Of a DNA stretch of 64,000 nt, positions 52,663 through 61,590 are shown piece after piece; the first letter of the stretch is position 1; every line of letters starts with the position of its first letter. Position numbers and translations under genes: made by a program. A model generated the notes under the pieces. That model worked only from the letters and a program-made list of their open reading frames with translations. It was not told where the DNA came from and did no database searches. Source of the stretch: Candidatus Poribacteria bacterium (GTDB lineage Bacteria > Poribacteria > WGA-4E > WGA-3G); the NCBI GenBank assembly GCA_022825825.1, contig JAJDWA010000037.1:34-64033 (forward strand). The letters are read 5' to 3'.

Positions 52663-52688
52663 TAGATGCGGTTAGGAAACCGCATCTA
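52663..52688. repeat. Hairpin repeat, core GGTTAGGAAACC (inverted copy)
   Basis: TAG-ATGC-GGTTAGGAAACC-GCAT-CTA. It has the same design as 52621-52646, with the core inverted and the 4-nt flanks changed in a compensatory way. Confidence 0.7.
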
Positions 52689-52709
52689 CCAGGGAGTGCA
52701 CACATATTT

Positions 52710-53486
52710 TTAGGTTTTACTATAATTGATTCTGAACAGCGAATTGAAATTCTTTGTTGTGATTTCACCAATAATATTTACGGAAGTCTCACGAAGTTCA
52801 GCGATTTTTTCTGCAACTGCGCGGACATACGCTGGCTCATTCCGTTTACCGCGCCAAGATTGCGGTGCCAACCACGGACAATCGGTTTCTATCAATAACC
52901 GTTCCAACGGTACTTCCTTTGCCACAGCTTGGACATCTTTAGCATTGGGGTATGTAACGATTCCTCCAATTCCAATATGGAATCCGATTTCAATGCTTCT
53001 GTGCATGAGTTCAACATCTCCCGTAAAGCAGTGTAGGACACCTTGAATTTGTCCGCTTCGCGCCTCTAAAATGGGAAGTATGTCCACATAAGCGTCCCGA
53101 TTATGAACAATAATCGGTATTTCCATTTCTTTAGCAAGGTCTAATTGCTTCTCGAACGCTTCTTTTTGCACAGCAGGCGGTGAGAGGTTTCTATAGTAAT
53201 CCAATCCTATTTCACCAAGGGCAATTACCTTCGGATGGTGTAAGAGTTCACGAAAGGTTTTTAGCACATCGGGTGTCAAATCTTTTGCATCGTGGGGGTG
53301 CATGCCAACTGTTGCGTAGAGGTCTTTATGTTTATCAGCAAGTTCAACCGCACCGAGACTGGTTTCTAAATTAAATCCAATGATAAGGATAGTTGAAATT
53401 TCAGATTCGTGTGCACGTTTTAGTACAGCATCACGATCGCTATTGAATTGGGAAAGTTGAATATGTGCATGTGAATCAATAAACAT
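52710..53486 (-). CDS. TatD-family metal-dependent hydrolase/DNase
   Basis: Motifs FIDSHAHI, GEIGLDY and the rest of the HxH...E...H...H...D pattern. 258 aa. Confidence 0.9.
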   Translation of the reverse strand: MFIDSHAHIQLSQFNSDRDAVLKRAHESEISTILIIGFNLETSLGAVELADKHKDLYATVGMHPHDAKDLTPDVLKTFRELLHHPKVIALGEIGLDYYRNLSPPAVQKEAFEKQLDLAKEMEIPIIVHNRDAYVDILPILEARSGQIQGVLHCFTGDVELMHRSIEIGFHIGIGGIVTYPNAKDVQAVAKEVPLERLLIETDCPWLAPQSWRGKRNEPAYVRAVAEKIAELRETSVNIIGEITTKNFNSLFRINYSKT

Positions 53487-53506
53487 TTTCGTAAATGCCC
53501 AACAAG

Positions 53507-54217
53507 CTACATTAAAGGGGTTCTAATAACAGTCTCAAGTGTATGTGCGCGTGGTGATTGTGATACAAGGAATAGAATAAGATCCGCCACATCTTCCGGC
53601 AATGTTAGATGCTCAATTACATCGTCGGGGTGATTATCACGGCGCATCTTCGTATCAACCGGCCCTGGGCAAATGACCGAGGCTTTTACGCCGTGTGCTC
53701 TACCTTCATTGTTCGTTGTTTCGGTGAAACCGACAACAGCAAATTTAGAAGCGCAATACGCACCGCCGTTAACATGACCATATTTGCCTGATACCGAAGA
53801 AACGTTGACGATATGACCATATTTCTGTTCACACATGTGGCTAAAAACAGCTTGTGTACAGAGAAAAACACCTTTGAGGTTCACTGCCATTGTTAAATCC
53901 CAATCCTCTTCCCGTATCTTGGAAATCGGGTTATGGATCGCTACACCTGCGTTATTGACGAGAATGTCTACCTTGCCAAAGGTGTCAAGTGTTTGTGCAA
54001 CCATCGCATCCACTTCGGTTTTAAGTTGTATATCGGTTTTGATAGGGAGTGCATCTCTACCGAGTTGTTTTACCTCATCGGCAACGGCAGTGATCTCATT
54101 TTCAGTTCGTGCAGCCAGAACGATATCTGCTCCTTCTTTAGCAAACGCCAAAGCAGTAGCACGACCGATACCACGTCCGCCGCCTGTAATAATAGCGATG
54201 CGATTTTCAAGTTTCAT
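53507..54217 (-). CDS. Short-chain dehydrogenase/reductase (FabG-like)
   Basis: Motifs TGGGRGIGRA, NNAG and the catalytic YCASK. The start was trimmed to MKLENR at 54217, which has a GGAGG RBS. Confidence 0.88.
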   Translation of the reverse strand: MKLENRIAIITGGGRGIGRATALAFAKEGADIVLAARTENEITAVADEVKQLGRDALPIKTDIQLKTEVDAMVAQTLDTFGKVDILVNNAGVAIHNPISKIREEDWDLTMAVNLKGVFLCTQAVFSHMCEQKYGHIVNVSSVSGKYGHVNGGAYCASKFAVVGFTETTNNEGRAHGVKASVICPGPVDTKMRRDNHPDDVIEHLTLPEDVADLILFLVSQSPRAHTLETVIRTPLM

Positions 54218-54278
54218 GTGTTGTTCCTCCAAAGTCAATCGGGCGGACAAAGCCCTCCAACAAGAAGAGAAATCGGGG

Positions 54279-55364
54279 TTACAATATTTGATACTGTGTC
54301 AATTTCTGCTTATCAAATAGGATACCGTGTCCTGGACGATCAGGTGGAGAAAAATGCCCATCTTTAAGTGTTAAAGTATCACTCAGCACCGGATCAAGCG
54401 ATGGAATATACTCCACAAAAAGTGAATGCGGCACCGCAGCAGAGAGATGCACATGTAAATCCATCAGAAAGTGTGGTGAGACAGAAAGGCCGAAGCATTC
54501 AGCCGTATGTGCCACCTTCATCCATTCAGAAATACCACCGACACGCACAGCATCAGGTTGTAATATGTCAGCTGCACCTTGTGCAATGTATTCCTTAAAC
54601 ACAAATTTATTGTAGATCGTTTCACCTATAGCAATGGGGATAGTCGTTTTTTCTCGCAATGCTACATGACTATCAACATCATCTGCTTCAATCGGTTCTT
54701 CAAACCAGAAAAGGTCTGCTCCTTCCACACGGCAAGCGAGTTGAATGGCTTCGCGTGCGTTCCATTTCATATTCGCATCAATCATCAGGAAAGGGTCTTG
54801 TCCAATAGCTTTTCTAACAGCAAATATCCGTGCTACGTCTTCGTGTAGACTTTCGCGTCCTACCTTAATTTTTATCCCTTTAAAACCTTGCTCCACAAAT
54901 TCTACGGATTGTCTCACAAGTTCATCTTCCGATAGGTGTAGCCAACCCCCATCTGTGTTGTAAACAGGAACAGCAGCTCTTGCACCACCAAGCAGTTGAT
55001 AGAGGGGTAATTCGACCCGTTTTGCCATAAGGTCCCAAAGAGCGATATCCACTGCCGCCATTCCTAACCCTACTATACCACCCCTACCTACCCAGTGCGT
55101 CTCCATCCACATCCGATTCCAGATGCGGTCAATATTAGCAGCATCCTCTTCAAGAAGGATTGGCGTGAGATAGGCATCCATAATTTGTTTAATTGCTTCT
55201 CCACCTTTGCCGATAGTATAAGAAAAGCCGGTGCCTACCACACCATCTGCATCTTCAATTTCAATGAACGGAAATTCCATTGAGACAAAAGCTTGAATAG
55301 CATCGGTGCGTTGGACTTGTGGTGGAATGTCGTAAAGCGAGGTGCGAACCGCTTTAATTTTCAT
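54279..55364 (-). CDS. Enolase-superfamily enzyme (mandelate racemase / sugar-acid dehydratase-like)
   Basis: Metal-ligand context IDANMKWN, FEEPI and GETIYN. 361 aa. Confidence 0.85.
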   Translation of the reverse strand: MKIKAVRTSLYDIPPQVQRTDAIQAFVSMEFPFIEIEDADGVVGTGFSYTIGKGGEAIKQIMDAYLTPILLEEDAANIDRIWNRMWMETHWVGRGGIVGLGMAAVDIALWDLMAKRVELPLYQLLGGARAAVPVYNTDGGWLHLSEDELVRQSVEFVEQGFKGIKIKVGRESLHEDVARIFAVRKAIGQDPFLMIDANMKWNAREAIQLACRVEGADLFWFEEPIEADDVDSHVALREKTTIPIAIGETIYNKFVFKEYIAQGAADILQPDAVRVGGISEWMKVAHTAECFGLSVSPHFLMDLHVHLSAAVPHSLFVEYIPSLDPVLSDTLTLKDGHFSPPDRPGHGILFDKQKLTQYQIL

Positions 55365-56046
55365 ATTTTTGTTGTTCCTCTTTCAACCGCTCTATTTCAG
55401 CTCTGAGACGTGCCACTTCTGTTTTAGCTTGTCGTGCTATCTCAGCAGGTGTTTGAAGCCACTGCTCTGAAGTCGGATTGTAAAGCCCTACATCATCGCC
55501 TTGAATACTAAACTCTATTCCCAGTACAGCAGAGAGTATCCCATTATCTTGCGAAGATGGAATTTCATCATATTTTCCATCTTCATTTAGCCGAAAACCG
55601 ATCAATGAATTAGATAAATAAGATCGCTCCGGATCGTAAAGAAAATATTCCCGTACACCAATGTGAGCATATCGGGTTTTCTTTTTTCTCAGATCATTTT
55701 TATAGGTGCTTTTGCTGGTAACCTCCATTACGAAGTCCGGTGCTTTCCCTTCCTCCCAAATTTTATAGGTGCGCCGCATCTTTTTTTCAATGCCGAACAC
55801 AACCATCACATCAGGCGAAATAGAACGCCGAGTTTTACCGGGCACATCATAAATTAGCAGGTTTCCAGAAACATATACATCGTCTCTATCTTCATAGTAT
55901 GCCTCAAGTTTCTGATAGGTGTTGACAATTACGATGCGATGTAGGTCTGTTTCCGCAAGCGGTTTTCCATCAGATTCGGGATAGTAGATACCGTCGTCAT
56001 CTGTTGGGGCATATTGAATAGGTTTTTTAGTTTTATCGGATGCCAT
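55354..56046 (-). CDS. Uma2-family (DUF820) PD-(D/E)XK endonuclease
   Basis: Motifs PESDGKPLAETDLH, ISPDVMVVFG, PDFVMEVTSKST and YAHIGVREYFLYDP. The C-terminus is a coiled coil. Confidence 0.8.
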   Translation of the reverse strand: MASDKTKKPIQYAPTDDDGIYYPESDGKPLAETDLHRIVIVNTYQKLEAYYEDRDDVYVSGNLLIYDVPGKTRRSISPDVMVVFGIEKKMRRTYKIWEEGKAPDFVMEVTSKSTYKNDLRKKKTRYAHIGVREYFLYDPERSYLSNSLIGFRLNEDGKYDEIPSSQDNGILSAVLGIEFSIQGDDVGLYNPTSEQWLQTPAEIARQAKTEVARLRAEIERLKEEQQKYEN

Positions 56047-56086
56047 AGTCGTCTCCTATCGGGATCACGACACACAGAAAGTGCTA

Positions 56087-56956
56087 CTACTTTAGTTTTT
56101 CAATCATTGCCTGCAATTTCTCAATACAGATACGTGAGGCTTCTTCTCCTGCTTCGGAAAAGGCTTTTCCACCCGGTTTGTTGAGCAGATCATCGTCAAT
56201 TTTGAGTGAGGGACGCCAGTGCGTTTCAAGACAGAGGTGTCCTTCATATCCATCATCAACGAAGGCTTGTAGCTGCCCTTGCCAGTCAATAATTCCATCG
56301 CCAACCGGGACAGATTCCATTTCGCCAGTATCCGGATTTGGCGCGGCGTCTTTGAGATGTGCATGGACCATAGTCGGTTTCATCTGATTGTATGCATCGG
56401 GATATGGTGTCACGCCGCCCTTTGCGTGTGCTTCATTGGCAGGGTCCCAAATACCACGGATGCTTGGAGAGTCTATTTCTTCAATGAATTGTGCTGTAAG
56501 TTTAGCAGTGCTCAGAGAGGTAGTAGATTCGTTTTCCATACCGAGGATAATACCTTCACCATCAATTATTTTGCGAGGTTCATCGTAAGCAGCAATGATT
56601 TCGCCCCAACGTTCCTCTGTTTTGCCAGTATCCCAAAAAACAAAGGTGCGGATCAGATTTGTGTCAAATGCCTTGGCAGTACGGATACATCCTTTCAGAA
56701 TGTCAAGATGTTCGTCGCGTTCTTCAGCGTTGTCCATATCGCATTTAAAAAATGGAGATGCAACACCGATAATCTCTATATCCGTGCCATCAAGTAGACG
56801 TTTCATTTCGTCTATGTCGGTATCAGTGAGTTGATGTGGCAGCTTGTCCCATACCGAACGAATCTCTATGGAGTCCAAGTTGAATTCTTGGACAAAATTG
56901 ACTACGGTGGCGAAGTCCTGTGAGACCTCGTCTCCAATAACACCGATTTTAAACAT
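56087..56956 (-). CDS. Sugar-phosphate isomerase/epimerase (xylose-isomerase-like TIM barrel)
   Basis: 289 aa with the typical IEIRS, LGMENE, HAHLKD and CLETHW metal-site pattern. Confidence 0.8.
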   Translation of the reverse strand: MFKIGVIGDEVSQDFATVVNFVQEFNLDSIEIRSVWDKLPHQLTDTDIDEMKRLLDGTDIEIIGVASPFFKCDMDNAEERDEHLDILKGCIRTAKAFDTNLIRTFVFWDTGKTEERWGEIIAAYDEPRKIIDGEGIILGMENESTTSLSTAKLTAQFIEEIDSPSIRGIWDPANEAHAKGGVTPYPDAYNQMKPTMVHAHLKDAAPNPDTGEMESVPVGDGIIDWQGQLQAFVDDGYEGHLCLETHWRPSLKIDDDLLNKPGGKAFSEAGEEASRICIEKLQAMIEKLK

Positions 56957-57001
56957 ATTTTATGTCTCCTTTAGAACTTTTACGATATATTAGCACAGGA
57001 G

Positions 57002-57200
57002 GGAATAATTCGCAAGCGGGATTTTTGGGAGAATGTTTCGCGAAAAGGGTATCAGATTAGCAGCGAGGTGATTGAGAGTGCTTGCCCACATGTTGTTGGA
57101 AAGATGCCCACAAGCATCAATAAAATGGGAAAAACCAGGTATCAATAATGACGTTGTTTGTCCAAGAATAATGCTGGGGATGGTTATTGGAAGTGCAAGT
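57002..57200 (+). pseudogene. Relic of a transposase C-terminus (ISKra4-like motif), frameshifted and truncated
   Basis: One frame reads ...RKGYQISSEVIESACPHVVGK. A second frame continues RCPQASIKWEKPG. This recalls the GSGxVESxCKxVVGxRxKxxGMRW tail of ISKra4-type transposases, from memory only. No intact ORF or terminal repeats were found. Confidence 0.35.
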
Positions 57201-57393
57201 AAATCTATCTCTTGTGAGACTTGTTCGTCCGATTTTCTTGCACAGGATTCTACCTTTATCGTAAGGGAGCGTCGAATGCCATACGTATATTCGGTGTTGA
57301 TTCAACCTTGATACCATACTCGCCTATTTGCTTCTTACCAAGATACGGCAAGGTACAGGGTGATTTATGAAATACACGTTATTTTACTCTATC

Positions 57394-58794
57394 TTACTGT
57401 GTATCGTTTTCCACATTGCTACATTTCAAATTAATATTGCCGCCAACGCTGCGGAGTGTAAGGAGAGGACCATCCCCGTTAATAATCCCTTTCAATTGCC
57501 ATTCTTTGGAGGAATCTCCACCACTTCTAATGATCGGAAGTTCGGATGTAATATCACCGCCAATACTTCTGGCATCAAGTTTTGCTAAAATCTCCGCTAT
57601 TAACGAAACAGTGATGTCTCCACCAGCTGACTCTAAAACCCAATCATCTTGGGGTTGTCCCAATACATTGCCAACGATGGAACCACCAACGGTTTTAGCT
57701 GTAACAGGACCGTCGTTATCCAAACTTATACTTCCACCTGATGTTTCAACTGTGGCGCCTCCTTTGCATTGGATTAGCTTGACGGTGCCACCAGACGTTT
57801 CGGCAGAAATTGCTCCCACAACGTGGAAGCATTTCAAATCACCGCCAGAGGTTATAGTGACGATTTGACCAACGTGCTTGTTAATCTCAATTTTGCCGCC
57901 TGACGCTTCAACCCGAACATCGCTTTCACATCCTGTCATCTTTACATTTCCATAAGCGGTATGCCCAAAAACAGTACCTGTGATATTCTCAAAGTAAAAA
58001 TCACCCTTACTTGTTCTGCTCTGGACTATCCCGTTCACATTAACAACAGATATATCGCCACCTACGGTTTTCAAAAAAACATCATAACGAGTTTGCGGCA
58101 CTGTAATTTCAAAATGGATATCTAAACGATCAGCAATATTTTTCCAATGCCTATTCTGATCTTTGAACTTTGCATTGATACGGAGTTCTTTCCCTTTTTC
58201 GTCAAAGTTTACGTGGAAATCTTTAAGAATATCAGCAGCGTGTCTATCAGCTTTCAACTGAGCAGACCGACGGACGATGACGTTGACGACTTCGCTTTTT
58301 GCTGTCCGAACGTTAATTGTCCCGACATCTGTATTAAGGGTCAGTTTTCCATCAGGGCTTGCATTGAACGATTCATTGATATCGTCTAAAGTCTTTTGTG
58401 TCAAGAATTCAGGCATAGACTTACGAATTAAAACGCCTATTTTCCCCTCCTTCAATTCTTCACCAATATTCTCAATAAATTTTTTACCGAGAATGTTAGT
58501 CATCATATTTTTCAGATCAGATGATATACTTAATCCTTCACTGAGATAAGCCGCGAGATGCTGACAAGCGATACTAATTTCACTAAAAGCTGCATCGCCT
58601 TGTAATGGATCGAAGAGCCCCTGAGGTATTGCATCTATCTCTTTCAATCGTTCCAAGACCTTGTTAAATTGGGAGATACAGCGGTTTTCTCCGTGCTTAT
58701 GTGCTTCAGTCATTATTGAATCTTCAGCGATTTCTGCTGTCTGTTCTAATATCTGAAAGAGTCCGCGAATTTCGTTTTGTCGTTCCTGTTCCAT
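57394..58794 (-). CDS. DUF4097-type beta-helix protein with an N-terminal helical domain; candidate partner of the upstream ECF sigma
   Basis: Repeated GG-D/S-I/V strands: VGGDISV, SGGKIEI, SGGDLKC, SGGTVKL, SGGSISL, VGGSIVG, AGGDITV, IGGDITS, VGGNINL. I see no signal peptide and no TM helix. Confidence 0.7.
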   Translation of the reverse strand: MEQERQNEIRGLFQILEQTAEIAEDSIMTEAHKHGENRCISQFNKVLERLKEIDAIPQGLFDPLQGDAAFSEISIACQHLAAYLSEGLSISSDLKNMMTNILGKKFIENIGEELKEGKIGVLIRKSMPEFLTQKTLDDINESFNASPDGKLTLNTDVGTINVRTAKSEVVNVIVRRSAQLKADRHAADILKDFHVNFDEKGKELRINAKFKDQNRHWKNIADRLDIHFEITVPQTRYDVFLKTVGGDISVVNVNGIVQSRTSKGDFYFENITGTVFGHTAYGNVKMTGCESDVRVEASGGKIEINKHVGQIVTITSGGDLKCFHVVGAISAETSGGTVKLIQCKGGATVETSGGSISLDNDGPVTAKTVGGSIVGNVLGQPQDDWVLESAGGDITVSLIAEILAKLDARSIGGDITSELPIIRSGGDSSKEWQLKGIINGDGPLLTLRSVGGNINLKCSNVENDTQ

Positions 58795-58870
58795 GTCAGA
58801 TACCTCATAAAAGTTAAATTTGTGTTAGGACAGTCAATTTTTCAGATTAGGCACAACTATAGCAAATTTA

Positions 58871-59455
58871 CTATAATATTTCTCCATATCCCTGTTTTTC
58901 TAAAAGTGATTTTAACAATTCCTTTGCTTTGTGAAGTCGCCATTTCACTGTCGTTAATGGAAGCGATAGAAATTCTGCTATACGTTTTTGCGGCATATCT
59001 GCCCAATAATAGAGTTTGATAACTTCCTGAAATTCAGTGGGTAAGGAGTTAATTCCATCTCTGACTGCTTCATGTGTGGATTCCTGAACTAAAATCTGCG
59101 CGGGATCAGAAGATGCTGGCTCTGCTTCTACTTGCAATTCTGCGTCTATATCTTCATGAAATTGAAATCTGCTTGATCGTTTCATGAATCGCAACGCTCG
59201 GTTCCGAGTTATCGAATAGAGCCACGAACCAAACCGATTCAAATTATCCAGCTGGGGTAACGCTTCAAAAGCGAGTAGAAAAGCGTCTTGAACAATATCT
59301 TCTGCCTCTGTTGGATTACGGACGACGTTTTGTGCTACCGTCAACATCGCTCGCTGATACCGAAGCACCAATTCATCAAATGCTTTGAGATTGCCAGCAA
59401 GCACCGCAATTATCAGCTCCGCATCTTCAGCATCTTTCAATTCGTCTGCGCTCAT
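58871..59455 (-). CDS. ECF RNA polymerase sigma factor (stand-alone)
   Basis: Region 2 DIVQDAFLLAFEAL...SWLYSITRNRALRFMKR. Region 4 MPQKRIAEFLSLPLTTVKWRLHKAKELLK. Confidence 0.9.
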   Translation of the reverse strand: MSADELKDAEDAELIIAVLAGNLKAFDELVLRYQRAMLTVAQNVVRNPTEAEDIVQDAFLLAFEALPQLDNLNRFGSWLYSITRNRALRFMKRSSRFQFHEDIDAELQVEAEPASSDPAQILVQESTHEAVRDGINSLPTEFQEVIKLYYWADMPQKRIAEFLSLPLTTVKWRLHKAKELLKSLLEKQGYGEIL

Positions 59456-59661
59456 GAAACAATTTCTCCTTTCCTGTATATTAGAGACATTATTGTCCGA
59501 AAAGGATAGTATTTTGCTTTAAGATGCGGCACTAAAAAATAAAAAGACAAGATTTTAGGTGTGCCTCTAAGTCCTGCAATATCAATTCGACACTACTTTT
59601 TTCGACAAATGAATTGCGTTAACTAAAATCAGGGTTTCAGCGGTAAACTCTTTTATTTCTG

Positions 59662-60138
59662 CTAAGAACCGGGTCTAAAAAATGTTACGAGACACCCACC
59701 AGCCGCTGCGAGCAAAATTCCAAGCACAAATTGCCAACGGATAGCCCCCCAACCCCCTTCAGGCGGATGCGACAGTGTTGCGACAATAGCATTCACTATT
59801 GGTGCCCCCGCAAACACAATCGACATCACAACAGCCGGCCGGCCTTTTGCACCGAATGCAAGTAAAACACCAAATGCGCCAACAGCACCGACAACGCCTG
59901 CAAGGAAAGACCAAGATACGCCTTTCCCAGTAAATGACCATTCAGCACCGTTTACCATAAGCATTACGACAGAACCAATAACAGCCACCAAAAGATACGC
60001 AAGACCTACAAAAAGGAACGCTTTGTAACGCCCATCCACGGGATCCTCCATAGACAATTGGCCTTTATGAAGAAAAACGCCGTAGAGTCCCCATGATGTC
60101 ACAGTCATGACAACAAAAATAAGCCATGTTCTAACCAT
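59662..60138 (-). CDS. Small integral membrane protein (about 5 TM), unknown function
   Basis: 158 aa and strongly hydrophobic with glycine-rich helices. No family recognised. Confidence 0.6.
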   Translation of the reverse strand: MVRTWLIFVVMTVTSWGLYGVFLHKGQLSMEDPVDGRYKAFLFVGLAYLLVAVIGSVVMLMVNGAEWSFTGKGVSWSFLAGVVGAVGAFGVLLAFGAKGRPAVVMSIVFAGAPIVNAIVATLSHPPEGGWGAIRWQFVLGILLAAAGGCLVTFFRPGS

Positions 60139-60245
60139 AATTTATCTCCTTCACTTTATCAAAATATGTTTTTAATCTATTCAAAAATAGTACGGTTTTT
60201 TACAGATTTTAGGCACAAAACGGAAAGCGCAGTAACATAAAAATC

Positions 60246-61535
60246 CTAAAGATATTTTTCAAACACTTTCATCAGCTGCTGTGCAGTAATAGCATCGCTG
60301 AATTTTTGATGCACGTTTGACTTCCCTACTGTTCCTAATTGTTTCCGTTTTGAAGGGTCTCGGAATAGTTGAAATATACCTTCAGCAAGCGCTTCTGAAG
60401 ATTCAGGTTCTACCAAAATGCCACCTTCGGTTGCTTTTACCATTTCTGGAAATGATCCGTGTTGCGGTTGAACAACTGGCACTCCATTCGCAAGTGCTTC
60501 CAAGATAGATAGCCCTTTTGATTCACGGTAAACTGTGGGTACGGAAAAAACATGTAGACGATTCAGAAAATCTATCTTTTGTGAACGCGTGACTTCTCCG
60601 TAATGTACAAAACTATCTTCTAAACCCCACGCATGAATTTGATGGACTAACTCTTCAAAATAAGGTTCATCTTTTTTACCAAGATACCCCGCGACATGTA
60701 ATTCTATATTATCCGCCCCCAACTCCTTTGTCAGTGTATAGAACGCACTAACCAAGAGATGCAACCCTTTTTCGGGACAGATGCGCGCCAAATAACCAAT
60801 TTTGAACGGAGGAGGACCTGGTTTTTCATCCAAATTTCCGTGTCCCTCCAAGTTCAAACCGAGTGGCACAACATCAATTTTATCAACAGGGACTTTTAGA
60901 TACGCCTCTGCCATAAATTGGGCATAGTAGTTACAGGATGCGACAAACCCATCTGCATCAGCAGCACGCTCTGCCAGCAGACTTAAAGCCTCAGCTTTGT
61001 AAGGATCAATCAAATCACGAAGAAATATATCTTCACCTTGAAGTCCACACACAACCGGGACATCCAGAGCTTTTTTTATTTCTCTCGCAAAACCCACAAG
61101 CATGGAGTTTGTCAAGTAAACGATGTCCGGTTGGTTGTCGACCTGAAGCCATTTGACCAATTTCTCCAATTCTTTTTTCTGATACCCATGCTCAGCACTG
61201 AGCATCGACACCGTCAACATACCCAAATCGCGCGCGTCTGTTGAGGCACTAAAACGTGCTAACCCGTTTAATAATGATGGGTTATCCAAAAGTCTATCAA
61301 ATACCCAAGGTGTATGCCGAAACAAAGATAGTTTTTGTTGAAGATACACGTTAAGTCCCCCAAAAAAGATACGATTCAAACTCACATTCACTTCATCTGT
61401 TCGAGTAGGCGTATACGTTGGAATCAATTCAACGTTATGTCCCTGTTTCTGTAGCACTGTTGCAACAGTATTGTCATGAATGCAGGTGCCGCAATACATA
61501 CCTGCAGCACCTGCGGTGATATAAGCCACTTTCAT
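60246..61535 (-). CDS. Glycosyltransferase, GT4/GT-B fold
   Basis: The C-terminal ESKGLSILEALANGVPVVQPQHGSFPEMV matches the E-x7-E type motif. Confidence 0.85.
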   Translation of the reverse strand: MKVAYITAGAAGMYCGTCIHDNTVATVLQKQGHNVELIPTYTPTRTDEVNVSLNRIFFGGLNVYLQQKLSLFRHTPWVFDRLLDNPSLLNGLARFSASTDARDLGMLTVSMLSAEHGYQKKELEKLVKWLQVDNQPDIVYLTNSMLVGFAREIKKALDVPVVCGLQGEDIFLRDLIDPYKAEALSLLAERAADADGFVASCNYYAQFMAEAYLKVPVDKIDVVPLGLNLEGHGNLDEKPGPPPFKIGYLARICPEKGLHLLVSAFYTLTKELGADNIELHVAGYLGKKDEPYFEELVHQIHAWGLEDSFVHYGEVTRSQKIDFLNRLHVFSVPTVYRESKGLSILEALANGVPVVQPQHGSFPEMVKATEGGILVEPESSEALAEGIFQLFRDPSKRKQLGTVGKSNVHQKFSDAITAQQLMKVFEKYL

Positions 61536-61590
61536 CTTTTTACTTTTCGTTAAGATTAATAAATGTTAACTTGCAATCTCCTCTAAGTCA

